DNA of 64,000 nt from Planctomicrobium sp. (GCA_030626405.1 DAOUPA010000001.1:1437-65436), one strand, 5' to 3'. Shown: positions 10,111 through 23,878, numbered from the stretch's first letter. The notes: generated by a model not told the origin, from the letters alone. A program made the numbers and translations.

Positions 10111-10489
10111 CCACAAACCTCAATTTGGAAAACTGGCCCTGGATGCCTTTTTTCTTCTTCTCGTGATGATCATCGTGGGTTTGGTTTGTGCAGGCGTCTG
10201 TTTTTTTGCAGGGAGTCGAGATGAAATGCAGGCAGCTTTCGCCGCGACTGCGGTTGCGTTGCCAGCAGGCGTTTTTGCTTTGGTGTACATGTTTCGCCAC
10301 GGAACTGGAGCCGGAGCGATGGTGGCGATCACAATTGTGAGGGTTGCCTTGACGATGGGGCTTGCGGGATTTATTGCCTGGAAGTTTTCAAGTTTGAGAA
10401 CTCTCAGCTTTTTTTTAACAGTAACGGTTGTTTATCTGGCTGGTCTCTTTGTAGAAACCCGGCTGGCTTTGAATAATCACTTTCGATAG
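10088..10489 (+). CDS. atpI: ATP synthase protein I-like membrane protein
   Basis: 133 aa with four hydrophobic helices. It sits between atpZ and atpB. The call rests on position and topology only. Confidence 0.55.
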   Translation: MKNVTLVNHKPQFGKLALDAFFLLLVMIIVGLVCAGVCFFAGSRDEMQAAFAATAVALPAGVFALVYMFRHGTGAGAMVAITIVRVALTMGLAGFIAWKFSSLRTLSFFLTVTVVYLAGLFVETRLALNNHFR

Positions 10490-10539
10490 CTCCGGCTGTC
10501 GTTATTGTGTCGAGCAGACACTCGAAATAAACAGTAGAT

Positions 10540-11442
10540 ATGCTAGCGAATTCCGAAGGCATCTTTAGTCACGTTTACGACTCGAATGGATTTCACCTTC
10601 CATTTGGGCTTCATATTGACTTGCCGAGTATTTTTGGATTCCAACTCACAAAGTACATGGTCTTGCAGCTTCTTGCTGCCGTGCTTGTTTACCTGATTTT
10701 CAAGGGTCTTGCTGCTCGTGCCCAGGGCGGCAACCCGGTAACGGGATATTTCTGGAACTTCTGGGAGATGCTGGTTCTGCGGATTCGTGACGAAGTTGTC
10801 CGCCCTGTGATTGGTGACCCGCATCATCACGACGAGCATTCACTCGCTCACGATGAAGTTGCGACCTACATCACTGATGCCTCTGGGGATCATGCTCACG
10901 ATGGTGAAGTCGGTCATCCAGCGGATAAATACCTTCCGTTTCTCCTCTCTGCCTTCTTCTACATCTTGTTTTGCAATTTGCTTGGTGCCTTTCCCTGGTT
11001 CGGGTCTGCGACTGCAAATATCAACGTGACAGGTGCTCTCGCCCTGACCGCATTTTGTGCAACCTACTTTTATGGGGCACAAATGCACGGTGCAGTCGGC
11101 TTCTGGACACACATGGTACCCGCCGTTGATGCACCGTCGTTTATCAAGATTCCACTTGTTCCGATGATCTTTGCGATTGAAGTCGGTGGCGTCTTCATTA
11201 AGCACGGTGTGTTAGCCGTTCGTTTGTTTGCCAACATTATGGGTGGTCACACAGTGGTTGCCGTGATTCTCGGATTTATTGCCCAGGCTGCCGTCAGTGG
11301 AGCGTGGATTGTCGTAATGCCTGGGAGTTTGATTGGGCAGGTTGGTATTGGTCTGCTGGAATTACTTGTCGCCTTCATTCAGGCGTACGTCTTCGTGTTT
11401 CTCTGTACAATTATGATTGCTATGTCGCTGCACGAGCATTAA
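10540..11442 (+). CDS. atpB: F0F1 ATP synthase subunit a
   Basis: 300 aa. The essential-Arg helix LAVRLFANIMGGH is present, together with the C-terminal LLELLVAFIQAYVF motif. Confidence 0.95.
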   Translation: MLANSEGIFSHVYDSNGFHLPFGLHIDLPSIFGFQLTKYMVLQLLAAVLVYLIFKGLAARAQGGNPVTGYFWNFWEMLVLRIRDEVVRPVIGDPHHHDEHSLAHDEVATYITDASGDHAHDGEVGHPADKYLPFLLSAFFYILFCNLLGAFPWFGSATANINVTGALALTAFCATYFYGAQMHGAVGFWTHMVPAVDAPSFIKIPLVPMIFAIEVGGVFIKHGVLAVRLFANIMGGHTVVAVILGFIAQAAVSGAWIVVMPGSLIGQVGIGLLELLVAFIQAYVFVFLCTIMIAMSLHEH

Positions 11443-11495
11443 ACGCTCGGTAGCTTTTTGAGTTTTGTTTTGATCAAACTGACTTTCGTGTTTGA

Positions 11496-11843
<348 letters not shown>

Positions 11844-11884
11844 GTCTTTCGGTGCAGAATTCCTCAGCAGGGACCGGTAGTGTG

Positions 11885-12493
11885 ATGTCTTCCTTTCGTT
11901 TTCGACAATCTGTTTTCCTTTCAACTGCGATGATGTTTGCAGTAGTAGGAACCGTTGCGAATGCCGCTGAGGATGGTGGTCGCGAAAAGTCGGCAGCCAC
12001 GGGAGAAGAGCAGAGTGGTCTTGAAAGCCTTCTGTTTCCGAATGAGCCAAACACCGACCATCCACCCGTTCAGCCCAACTTGAGCATGTTCTTGTGGACG
12101 TTGATCCTGTTTGGCGGTTTCATCTTTGTGATGAAGAAGTCAGCGTGGGTTCCGCTCATGGCTGGTTTGAATGCCCGTGAGGCAAGAGTCATCAACGCGG
12201 AACGAGATGCCAAGGCTGCCAGAGAGGAAGTCGAAACACTTCGACTGGAATCCGAAGCACGTCTGGCAGAAGTTCAGGAGCAGGTCAAAGCACTCATTGC
12301 TGTAGCCCGCTCCGAAGCAGAAGCTCAGAAGCGTGAGATTACATCCAAAGCTCAAGAAGAAGCCCTGAAGATCAAAGACGAAGCACTGCAAGAAATTGCA
12401 GAAGCTCACCGGGCTGCGATTGAGAATCTGGATCAAATGGTTGATGAACAGGTTGACTTGGCAACACAACAAGTTGTCGGTCGTCGCCTTTAA
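11885..12493 (+). CDS. atpF: F0F1 ATP synthase subunit b (first of two; b-prime-like)
   Basis: One TM helix (LWTLILFGGFIFVMKK) followed by a long charged helix (AREEVETLRLESEARLAEVQEQ...). A signal-like leader precedes the TM. The start could be ATG 11885 or GTG 11852. Confidence 0.8.
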   Translation: MSSFRFRQSVFLSTAMMFAVVGTVANAAEDGGREKSAATGEEQSGLESLLFPNEPNTDHPPVQPNLSMFLWTLILFGGFIFVMKKSAWVPLMAGLNAREARVINAERDAKAAREEVETLRLESEARLAEVQEQVKALIAVARSEAEAQKREITSKAQEEALKIKDEALQEIAEAHRAAIENLDQMVDEQVDLATQQVVGRRL

Positions 12494-12537
12494 GATATGT
12501 TTACAGTGTACTTTTTTCGCAGTTGTGAGGTCGTTCG

Positions 12538-13245
12538 TTGATTTCCCGTCCTAGTCGCAAGTTGTTCTCGCTGTCGATGCTCTTCGGACTCTTGTTCGCA
12601 GTGCCAGTGCTTCTTTGCGGAGCGGTACTTGCGGAAGAAGAAGGGCGTGACGCGGATGGTCACGAACATGCTGCTGGGGATGGCTCGCACGATGACCATG
12701 GCGAAGGCCACGACGATGAAGATCATCATGCAGAGAATGCTGATCATGATTCACATGGTGCTCCTCCACTTAAGGAAGACTCTGCCTTCTGGTCAATCCT
12801 GGCCTTTGCTGGTTTCTGTTTCGCTATCAACAAGCTTGGCATCTGGAATTGGCTGCATGTCAGCATGGCCGAGCGTGAGAAGAATGAAGGGGATGTGATT
12901 GCGACTGCTGAAAATCATTTAGCGGAAGCCCAGGCATCACTAGGTAAGCATCGCGGTCAGCTGGAAGCGATGGATGAAACTGTCGCTGAGACACTGAGAG
13001 AAGCAAAACGGGACGCGACCTACACCCAAGGTGAAATCGTGGAAGCTGCGAACCGTGAAGCAGAACTGATGGTTCAGCGAACGCAGCACGAAATCGAACG
13101 GTCTCGCGACCAGTCGCTCAACAGCTTGTTCGGACACCTCGCACAGCGCGTCACCGAAGCCGCCGAAGCGAAGGTGAAAGCGAACTTACAAGCAGACGAC
13201 CAGGACCGACTCATCGACGAGACACTAAGTCAATTGACAACCTAA
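12538..13245 (+). CDS. atpF: F0F1 ATP synthase subunit b (second copy) with His/Asp-rich N-terminal tract
   Basis: The TTG start lies 7 nt after GTGAGG. The order is signal-like leader, acidic/His-rich tract, TM helix (FWSILAFAGFCFAINKLGIW), then a long amphipathic helix. Confidence 0.8.
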   Translation: MISRPSRKLFSLSMLFGLLFAVPVLLCGAVLAEEEGRDADGHEHAAGDGSHDDHGEGHDDEDHHAENADHDSHGAPPLKEDSAFWSILAFAGFCFAINKLGIWNWLHVSMAEREKNEGDVIATAENHLAEAQASLGKHRGQLEAMDETVAETLREAKRDATYTQGEIVEAANREAELMVQRTQHEIERSRDQSLNSLFGHLAQRVTEAAEAKVKANLQADDQDRLIDETLSQLTT

Positions 13246-13279
13246 AGATTTATCGTTTTACGACAATATTGAACGAACC

Positions 13280-15410
<2,131 letters not shown>

Positions 15411-15426
15411 TTAGTTTTTTGCTTTG

Positions 15427-15449
15427 GCCGGACACTTTAAGTGTCCGGC
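15427..15449 (+). repeat. REP-like palindromic element, perfect copy (GCCGGACAC-TTTAA-GTGTCCGGC)
   Basis: Perfect 9-bp inverted repeat, 17 nt after the atpA stop. It is identical to the copies at 18076 and 20839. Confidence 0.85.
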
Positions 15450-15495
15450 AAAACAGACCCTTTCAAAATTTGCAAAACTCAAGTAATCGTTGACC

Positions 15496-16365
15496 ATGGG
15501 TAACGCACGAGCATTAGTGAAACGCCGTAAGGCGATTCGGAACATTCGCAAGATCACGAGGACGATGGAACTCATCGCCACCTCGCGATTCAAAAAAGCA
15601 ATGGACCGCGCCGCTGAAGCCGCTGCGTACACACGCAAAATCAACGAAATCGTCGCTGACCTGTCTCAGTCCGACTTAACGTTCAGCCATCCATTACTGG
15701 AACAACCGGCTGAAACGAAAAACGTCACTCTACTGATTCTCACTTCAAACCGTGGTTTGTGCGGGGGTTACAACGGTGGGGTTTTGAGAAAAGCGAATGC
15801 AGAACTGAAAAAGATGAAGTCCGAAGGACTCGACGTCACCGTCGATGCTTCCGGCAAGCGTGGGATTTCGTCATTGAAATTCGAGGGCACCTCGATTGAA
15901 ACGGAATTCACACAGTTCGAAGACAAGCCATCCTTTGAAGAAGTGAACGAAATCGCAGATCGATATCTGGCTGACTTCGTGGCAGGTCGGACCCATCGCT
16001 TGGTCGTTGCCTATCAAAGTTTTCAGTCAGCAGCTCGGCAGTCACCAGTCGTTGAAACGATCTTGCCGTTCGGTGATCTTGCCTCAAATGAAACATCAGC
16101 AAGCGGCGTCGATTACGAGTTCCTTCCCAGCTCGGAAGAAATCCTCGCAGAGATCGTCCCGGCAGCGTTCAAAGCCCGGTTTTTCAAATGTTTCCTCGAC
16201 GCCGGTGTCGGAGAACAAATCGCCCGGATGGTCGCCATGAAGTCTGCCACAGAAAACGCAGACGACATGATCAAAGACCTTTCCATGAAATACAACCGAG
16301 CCAGACAAACACAAATCACCAGCGAACTGTCGGAAATCATCGGCGGTGCAGCTGCGCTGGAATAA
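15496..16365 (+). CDS. atpG: F0F1 ATP synthase subunit gamma
   Basis: It starts MGNARALVKRRKAIRNIRKITRTMELIA. The C-terminus is RQTQITSELSEIIGGAAAL. The start is ATG 15496, with a TTG at 15490 two codons upstream. Confidence 0.95.
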   Translation: MGNARALVKRRKAIRNIRKITRTMELIATSRFKKAMDRAAEAAAYTRKINEIVADLSQSDLTFSHPLLEQPAETKNVTLLILTSNRGLCGGYNGGVLRKANAELKKMKSEGLDVTVDASGKRGISSLKFEGTSIETEFTQFEDKPSFEEVNEIADRYLADFVAGRTHRLVVAYQSFQSAARQSPVVETILPFGDLASNETSASGVDYEFLPSSEEILAEIVPAAFKARFFKCFLDAGVGEQIARMVAMKSATENADDMIKDLSMKYNRARQTQITSELSEIIGGAAALE

Positions 16366-16387
16366 GGTTTAGGACTTTAGTGTTTAG

Positions 16388-16408
16388 CCACACACTTCAA
16401 GTGTGTGG
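16388..16408 (+). repeat. REP-like palindromic element, variant (CCACACAC-TTCAA-GTGTGTGG)
   Basis: Perfect 8-bp inverted repeat preceded by GTTTAG, 23 nt after the atpG stop. Confidence 0.75.
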
Positions 16409-16558
16409 AGAATCACGCGAACTCGCCAAATAACTCGGATTTATCGATCAAGAAACAACTGTATCAATTCAAAAAACACTCGAGGAAATCGGGAGAATGT
16501 TATCTGGACTCAGGAATTCGCCGTCAAAAACTGCTAACTCCTAAATCCTATCTCCTAA

Positions 16559-18043
<1,485 letters not shown>

Positions 18044-18075
18044 TCCAGGAATTTGGAGTTGGGAAAACGATTTTA

Positions 18076-18098
18076 GCCGGACACTTTAAGTGTCCGGC
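18076..18098 (+). repeat. REP-like palindromic element, perfect copy
   Basis: GCCGGACACTTTAAGTGTCCGGC flanked by TTTTA and AAAAA, 33 nt after the atpD stop. Confidence 0.85.
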
Positions 18099-18115
18099 AA
18101 AAATTTCATTTCAAA

Positions 18116-18526
18116 GTGAATACGATGATTGCAGCAACCGAAATTCGACTGGTCCTCGTGACGCCGGAAACCACACTCCTTGATCAACCAGTCAAGGGAC
18201 TTCGCTTCCCGCTGTTTGATGGTCAGATTGGTGTGCTGCCTGGACGCGCTCCGTTGGTTGGACGACTCGGTTCCGGAGCACTCAAAATCGACACCGACTC
18301 CGGTAGCGAAACCTACTTCATCGATGGCGGTTTCGCACAAATCAAAGGGACCGTCGTCACCCTGCTCACCAATAAAGCCATCCTCGCCAGTGAAATCGAC
18401 GCCAGCGCTGCCGAGACCGATCTTCAAGCTGCCCTCGCATTGGTACCCACCGACGATGCCGGCTTCGCCGAAAAAGACCAGGCCCTCGCCCGCTCTCGTG
18501 CCATGAAGAATCTCGGCGGTCGGTAA
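18116..18526 (+). CDS. atpC: F0F1 ATP synthase subunit epsilon
   Basis: 136 aa. The N-terminal beta-sandwich pattern is present (LVLVTPE..., GQIGVLPGRAPL, DGGFAQI) and it is the last gene of the operon. The start could be GTG 18116 or ATG 18125. Confidence 0.9.
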   Translation: MNTMIAATEIRLVLVTPETTLLDQPVKGLRFPLFDGQIGVLPGRAPLVGRLGSGALKIDTDSGSETYFIDGGFAQIKGTVVTLLTNKAILASEIDASAAETDLQAALALVPTDDAGFAEKDQALARSRAMKNLGGR

Positions 18527-18547
18527 TTTCTGAAATGCACATCGCTC

Positions 18548-18570
18548 GCCGTACACTTGAAGTGTGTCGC
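18548..18570 (-). repeat. REP-like palindromic element, degenerate, inverted orientation
   Basis: GCCGTACAC-TTGAA-GTGTGTCGC lies between the convergent stops of atpC (18526) and the LarA-like gene. On the minus strand its GTTTAG prefix contains that gene's TAG stop codon (18570-18572). Confidence 0.6.
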
Positions 18571-19826
18571 TAAACGTTATTGATCATTTCGCTCTTGTTG
18601 AAGCTGATCTCGTACGGACCGTCTACGACTTCGAATGCTTGTTCCTGTTTGTCTCGCAAATAGACTTCGCTGATTTCCATTTCTGCGAGATGCAGCGTGT
18701 CTTTAATGTGAATGACTTTCGCGTCTTCAGGTTCGGTCATGCCGATGGTTTTTAAGGCATCGGTGATCGCGTCGCGGTCGTTTTGGTAGACACACGGAAT
18801 CATCGCCCCCATCGGGTGAGCACTGGTGATGCAGTTGATGCGCGTCGACTCGCTGTTGATCGCATCGACGCAGCTTTGCAATGTGAACTCGGCAATGCCG
18901 ATGCCGGTGGCGTTGCCATTTGTTGTCTTTGTTAGGCTACGGACAAAAATCCGTTTGCAGTTCGCGTTGTCGTTCTCCATCGCGACATGATCGTTATATT
19001 TGCGACCGACGATGTTTGTATCCATGCCGGTGCCGCTAATGTCTTTGCCGATCTGATCGACGATCAGTAAATCAACTTCCGGGTACGGCAACTTCGGCAT
19101 CCAGGCAATCGCTTGCTTAAGGAGTTCCTGTTCGCGCTCGTAGAACTGCTGCGGTGTGATCGCTTCGATGAGTGCGGTTTCGTCGTAGGCGTTCTCAACA
19201 ATCGCGACACCGGCGAGCACTTTGCATTTTTCCAGAACGACTTCAGCAACCGACTTAATGATTGTTCCGAAGCTGTAGTCCTTGATCGCTTTATGATAAG
19301 TCAGGGCGCCTGCCTCTTTGCCAAGACCAATGAGCATCATTTTGTGCAAGCCGGATTCGATCTCGCCGACGAACCCTGTGTGTGGCTTAATGCGTCCCAT
19401 CACAATCACATGGTCTGCAAGGTACGCATATTTGTCGAAATGAACCGGAATCCCTTGCGCCGTTTCTGCTACAATAACGGTCGCCATCGAAGAACGGATC
19501 TCGCAGCCGACGAATTCTTCGGTCACCCCGAAGCCTTCGATCAGTTTCATCTGACCTTCGGCGGTCGCTCCGCCGTGGCTCCCCATCGCAGGAACAATAA
19601 ACGGAATCCCGCCCAGCGATTTGACATGCTCAACGACCGCTTTCGTGATCTCGGCGATGTTCGAAATCCCTCGGCTGCCAACGGTAATCGCTACTGTTTC
19701 GTCTGGCTGAAGACGATCCGCAAGATTCAACGCAGTCAACTGATCGGTCGTCTCTGAGGCGACATCATCAACCTTGGTCCGCTCGAACGTTTGCCGGATA
19801 CGGAACATTTGTGGAAAAGAACTCAT
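18570..19826 (-). CDS. LarA-like (DUF2088, lactate-racemase family) protein, tentative
   Basis: 418 aa. Its layout resembles the LarA N-terminal domain (VAITVGSRGI..., VPAMGSHGG, GRIKPHTGF, ESGLHKMMLIGLGK), but the canonical motifs are not all conserved. Confidence 0.55.
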   Translation of the reverse strand: MSSFPQMFRIRQTFERTKVDDVASETTDQLTALNLADRLQPDETVAITVGSRGISNIAEITKAVVEHVKSLGGIPFIVPAMGSHGGATAEGQMKLIEGFGVTEEFVGCEIRSSMATVIVAETAQGIPVHFDKYAYLADHVIVMGRIKPHTGFVGEIESGLHKMMLIGLGKEAGALTYHKAIKDYSFGTIIKSVAEVVLEKCKVLAGVAIVENAYDETALIEAITPQQFYEREQELLKQAIAWMPKLPYPEVDLLIVDQIGKDISGTGMDTNIVGRKYNDHVAMENDNANCKRIFVRSLTKTTNGNATGIGIAEFTLQSCVDAINSESTRINCITSAHPMGAMIPCVYQNDRDAITDALKTIGMTEPEDAKVIHIKDTLHLAEMEISEVYLRDKQEQAFEVVDGPYEISFNKSEMINNV

Positions 19827-19952
19827 CTGGGCCTGCTGTCAACTAAATGTAAAACACGAATATCGCTAGGATACGTGCCGGAATATCGTCTGTCGATGAT
19901 GACGAGAGCACAGGCACACTGCATCAATACAAGATGTTGAGGAATACGACTT

Positions 19953-20825
19953 ATGAAATTGGCAATGCTAAATACGACTTCCGGTCGGCGAATCGTTGGC
20001 GTTGAGGTCACTGGTGGCGAATCGACGTACGTTTCACTTTCCCATTTTGACCCATCGATCCCAAATACAATCCGGGAGATGCTGCAGCATCCGCAGGGAC
20101 TGGAAAAGTGTGCGGCAGCTTACGAACGTGGCGTTCAGACCGACTTGCGAATTGAAGGAACACTGCTGGCTCCGATCATGAGTCCGCCGAAAGTGCTGTG
20201 TATTGGCTTGAATTATCGTGATCATGCCGCGGAATCTGGGATGGATGTGCCGGGCGAACCGATTTGTTTCGGAAAGTTCGGGAACACGATTATCGGTCCA
20301 GGCGAGCCAATTCGGCTGCCGAAAGTTTCGTCTCAAGTCGATTACGAAGCGGAACTTGTGATCGTGATTGGAAAGTCCGGCTACGAAATCCCACAGGAGA
20401 AGGCATTTGAGCACGTTGCCGGTTATTGTAACGGCCACGATGTTTCAGCCCGCGACTGGCAGATCGGTCGGCCCGGCAGCCAATGGTTACTAGGCAAAAC
20501 AGCAGATACTTTCGCTCCAATTGGCCCGTGGCTGGTGACATCTGACGAAGTGGGTGACCCGCATACTCTTGATGTGAAACTGCGACTCAATGGAGAAGAG
20601 ATGCAGCATGGCAATACAAAGGAATTCATTTTCGGTGTTGATGAAGTGATTGCTTTTGTCTCGCAGATTATGACGTTGGAACCGGGTGATGTGATCTTCA
20701 CCGGGACACCAGCTGGCGTCGGCATGGGACGCGACCCGCTTGTCTGGCTCAAAGATGGGGACTTGTGTGAAGTTGAAATCACCGGACTCGGTGTACTGAC
20801 AAATCCAGTCGTCGCCGCAAATTAA
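19953..20825 (+). CDS. Fumarylacetoacetate hydrolase (FAH) family protein
   Basis: 290 aa. FAH-fold motifs are present: KVLCIGLNYRDHA, VDYEAELVIVIGK, GDVIFTGTPAGVG. Confidence 0.9.
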   Translation: MKLAMLNTTSGRRIVGVEVTGGESTYVSLSHFDPSIPNTIREMLQHPQGLEKCAAAYERGVQTDLRIEGTLLAPIMSPPKVLCIGLNYRDHAAESGMDVPGEPICFGKFGNTIIGPGEPIRLPKVSSQVDYEAELVIVIGKSGYEIPQEKAFEHVAGYCNGHDVSARDWQIGRPGSQWLLGKTADTFAPIGPWLVTSDEVGDPHTLDVKLRLNGEEMQHGNTKEFIFGVDEVIAFVSQIMTLEPGDVIFTGTPAGVGMGRDPLVWLKDGDLCEVEITGLGVLTNPVVAAN

Positions 20826-20838
20826 ACTCAGCACTTTA

Positions 20839-20861
20839 GCCGGACACTTTAAGTGTCCGGC
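20839..20861 (+). repeat. REP-like palindromic element, perfect copy
   Basis: GCCGGACACTTTAAGTGTCCGGC, 14 nt after the FAH-family stop. Confidence 0.85.
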
Positions 20862-20916
20862 AAACGTTGTGTAATATCTTTGCTTGAAGCATTTGTTTTC
20901 GCTCGGAATTTTGAAC

Positions 20917-22878
20917 ATGACGACACTCCTTGTTGCACTCGGTTCGTTTTTTGGATTCATCGTTGCCTACCACACTTACGGTCGGTGGCTGTCGAAGAAG
21001 ATTTTCAATCTTGACCCAGAAGCAGACGTCCCGAGTAAGCAGTTGCGGGACGATATCGATTTTGTGCCGACGAAAAAGAGTGTCATCTTCGGTCATCACT
21101 TTACGAGCATCGCTGGAACTGGGCCAATTGTCGGACCGGCGATTGCCGTGTTTTGGGGTTGGTTACCTGCGCTGTTATGGGTGGTTCTGGGATCAATTTT
21201 CATCGGAGCAGTCCACGACTTCGGAGCACTAGTGATCTCGATGCGAAATCGCGGGCAGACGATTGGTGAAGTGGCTGGGCGTTTGATCAATCCGCGTGCT
21301 CGACTGCTGTTTCTTCTCGTCTTGTTTTTCGCTTTGACGATTGTTCTCGCGATCTTTGGGTTGGTCATTGCAATCATCTTCAAGCTTTACCCTGAGTCGG
21401 TTTTATCAGTCTGGGTCGCGATGCCGATTGCGATGGCGATTGGTTATTGGACTTTTAAGAAAGGCGGGAGCCTGCTCGGTCCTTCGATTGCGGCTTTGCT
21501 TCTGCTGTATGGTGCGATTTACATTGGTGTTGAATACTTACCAATCAGTTTCGTTCAAATGACCGAGACGGCGGTTGCGTTTCCGGTTGAAGATCAACCA
21601 GTTGCTGGTCCGCGTGAAATCCAGCAAGCAACAAACTGGGTTCAGTTTCAGGTCGGATCGACTCTCCTTCCGCTTCCACTGCCCATGATCAATCCCATTG
21701 TTGCATGGACGATTATCCTGATGACCTACTGCTTCATCGCATCGGTTCTTCCGGTCTGGTTGTTGCTTCAACCGCGAGATTACGTCAACAGCCACCAACT
21801 GTTCGTGGCTCTGGCTCTGTTGGTTGGAGGCCTGGGAATTGCTGGATGGATGGGAACGGCAGACCTGACTGGATCGACTCCAGCAATCGTTGCGAAGAGT
21901 GATCTCCCCGCTCATGCGCCGCCGATTTTCCCGTTTCTGTTCATCACGATTGCGTGTGGAGCCTGTAGCGGATTCCATTGCCTGGTGAGCAGCGGAACAA
22001 CGAGCAAGCAAGTTGAGAGTGAAGGTGATGCCCAATTTGTCGCCTACGGTTCGATGCTTTTGGAAGGGGCGCTGGCGGTGATTGTAATTCTGGCTTGCAC
22101 GGCAGGAATCGGGATGGGGCATTTCACAAAACAGGCCGATGGCGCCTTCGTACAAACAGTCGACGCAGCTGGCGACCCTGTCACTGGTCATGCTGCATGG
22201 GCGAAGAAGTACGACTCCAAAGGAGACTGGGGCAATTTCGGGTTGCCAAGCACTGTCGGTGCCTTCGTGGAAGGTGGTTCCAACTTTCTTTCGACACTTG
22301 GAATTCCGCTACGGTTTGGAATTGGGATCATCGCCACGCTGGTCGCCTGTTTCGCTGCGACGACTTTGGATTCCGCGACTCGATTGCAGAGATACGTCAT
22401 TCAGGAACTGGGCGGAACACTTCGCTCACCACCATTGCAAAACAAGTACGGAGCGACCGGGCTGGCAGTCACTTTCGGCTTGATTGTCGCCATGCTTCCA
22501 GGTCCAAAGGGAATTGGAACCGGTGGTCTGATCCTATGGCCGCTTTTCGGTGCAACGAATCAGTTACTTGCGGGACTCGCCTTTATGGTAACGGTCTTTT
22601 ACTTATGGCGACGAAGCAAGCCGATTCTATTTGCATTGTTGCCAATGATAATGATGCTCCTCATGCCAGCACTCGCCCTGACCTGGCAAATGAAAGGCTG
22701 GCTGGCGGACGGAAACTACTTGCTGCTCAGTTTTGGCGGACTCATTCTTTCACTGCAAGTCTGGATGGTCATCGAAGGGTTCCTGTTGTGGCCGAAAGTG
22801 AAAGGTGAACTGGAACAGCCGCTGCCGCCGCTAGCTCAAACACCTCCGGTGGGAACGACGAGTGCACCGAATTGTTAG
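20917..22878 (+). CDS. cstA: Carbon starvation protein A (CstA family peptide/pyruvate transporter)
   Basis: Motifs: FGHHFTSIAGTGPIVGPAIAV, CGACSGFH and about 16 TM helices. The start is ATG 20917; the ORF track starts at TTG 20884. Confidence 0.9.
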   Translation: MTTLLVALGSFFGFIVAYHTYGRWLSKKIFNLDPEADVPSKQLRDDIDFVPTKKSVIFGHHFTSIAGTGPIVGPAIAVFWGWLPALLWVVLGSIFIGAVHDFGALVISMRNRGQTIGEVAGRLINPRARLLFLLVLFFALTIVLAIFGLVIAIIFKLYPESVLSVWVAMPIAMAIGYWTFKKGGSLLGPSIAALLLLYGAIYIGVEYLPISFVQMTETAVAFPVEDQPVAGPREIQQATNWVQFQVGSTLLPLPLPMINPIVAWTIILMTYCFIASVLPVWLLLQPRDYVNSHQLFVALALLVGGLGIAGWMGTADLTGSTPAIVAKSDLPAHAPPIFPFLFITIACGACSGFHCLVSSGTTSKQVESEGDAQFVAYGSMLLEGALAVIVILACTAGIGMGHFTKQADGAFVQTVDAAGDPVTGHAAWAKKYDSKGDWGNFGLPSTVGAFVEGGSNFLSTLGIPLRFGIGIIATLVACFAATTLDSATRLQRYVIQELGGTLRSPPLQNKYGATGLAVTFGLIVAMLPGPKGIGTGGLILWPLFGATNQLLAGLAFMVTVFYLWRRSKPILFALLPMIMMLLMPALALTWQMKGWLADGNYLLLSFGGLILSLQVWMVIEGFLLWPKVKGELEQPLPPLAQTPPVGTTSAPNC

Positions 22879-22904
22879 GGATTGTTGGTACAAATTCGCA
22901 GCGG

Positions 22905-22928
22905 GCCTCACACGATGAAGTGTGAGGC
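22905..22928 (+). repeat. REP-like palindromic element, variant (GCCTCACAC-GATGAA-GTGTGAGGC)
   Basis: Perfect 9-bp inverted repeat followed by AAAA, 27 nt after the cstA stop. Confidence 0.75.
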
Positions 22929-22995
22929 AAAACGATGTTGTAAGACTTAGTTCAGAATCTTTTTCGAATCGAATTTCACCCAAGCTGATCTTTCA

Positions 22996-23844
22996 ATGTC
23001 ACCGGACCAACCGAATTCTGATGACTCATTCCGACCGAATTACTTTCGAGTCTGGGCGATGTTCTTTCGGAACTCGCTCATTCGGGAGATGACGTTTCGC
23101 GGGAATTTCTTGATCGAATTAGTCACGCGCGCGTTTTGGTTTACGGCTCAGTTGGTTCTCTTCGACATCATTTTCAGTCACGTGCCGACGATTCAGGACT
23201 GGAGCCGTGAGGAGTATTTTGGATTTATGGCGACAGGGATGCTCATCAACTCTTTTGTTGAAGCGTTCTTCATGCCGAATTGCGCGAACTTCAGCGAACT
23301 GATTCGAACCGGTGATCTCGACTTTGCTTTGCTCAAACCGATTGATACGCAGTTTTTGATTTCGTTTGAGAAGGTCAACTTCGCCATGGTCAATCAACTG
23401 CTATTGGCAGGCGGGTTGCTGTGGTACTCGCTTTCCCAAACCGGAGCGACAATCACATTCGGCAGAAGCATTACGTACGTGTTGTTGCTGGGAGTGGGTG
23501 TTGCGTTTTTCTACAGCTTGATGATTGCGCTGGCGAGTACATCGGTTTGGTTCGGCAGGAATCAGGGGCTGTACGACTTCTGGTTTTACATCACGATTTT
23601 CGCTCGGTATCCGCAAAACTTTTACAAACAGTCGTTCGGTGGCGAAGTGATCTGGTTCGGCTTTTCGTTCATTGTCCCGATTTTGCTCGTCGTGACTGTT
23701 CCGTCACGGCACATTCTGGGGAAGACGCTCGATCCAAACTGGACCGTGCTGCTGATTGCTCCAGCGACAACTTTGGTCATGGTGCTGATCTCACGAAAAA
23801 TTTTCACTTGGTCGCTCTCGAATTACAGAAGCGCAAGCTCTTGA
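22996..23844 (+). CDS. ABC-2 family transporter permease (DUF990-like)
   Basis: 282 aa with 6 TM helices. The conserved N-terminal pattern [15 protein letters not shown] and the motif [10 protein letters not shown] are present. No ATPase gene is adjacent. Confidence 0.7.
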   Translation: MSPDQPNSDDSFRPNYFRVWAMFFRNSLIREMTFRGNFLIELVTRAFWFTAQLVLFDIIFSHVPTIQDWSREEYFGFMATGMLINSFVEAFFMPNCANFSELIRTGDLDFALLKPIDTQFLISFEKVNFAMVNQLLLAGGLLWYSLSQTGATITFGRSITYVLLLGVGVAFFYSLMIALASTSVWFGRNQGLYDFWFYITIFARYPQNFYKQSFGGEVIWFGFSFIVPILLVVTVPSRHILGKTLDPNWTVLLIAPATTLVMVLISRKIFTWSLSNYRSASS

Positions 23845-23855
23845 TCAATTCTTTT

Positions 23856-23878
23856 GCCGTGCACTTCAAGTGCGCGGC
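23856..23878 (+). terminator. REP-like hairpin followed by a T-tract; candidate intrinsic terminator
   Basis: GCCGTGCAC-TTCAA-GTGCGCGGC (one G:U pair) is followed by TTTTCC, 12 nt after the stop at 23844. It is the only REP copy with a 3' T-run. Confidence 0.55.

Noticed and set aside
15411-15644. ORFs containing the recurring peptide FAGHLKCPAK or AGHFKCPAK occur at 15411-15644(-), 17941-18183(+) and 20490-20960(-). The recurrence could suggest a conserved small protein family.
   Set aside because: The shared peptide is only the translation of the REP-like palindrome GCCGGACACTTTAAGTGTCCGGC. The flanking parts of these ORFs are unrelated and overlap real genes.
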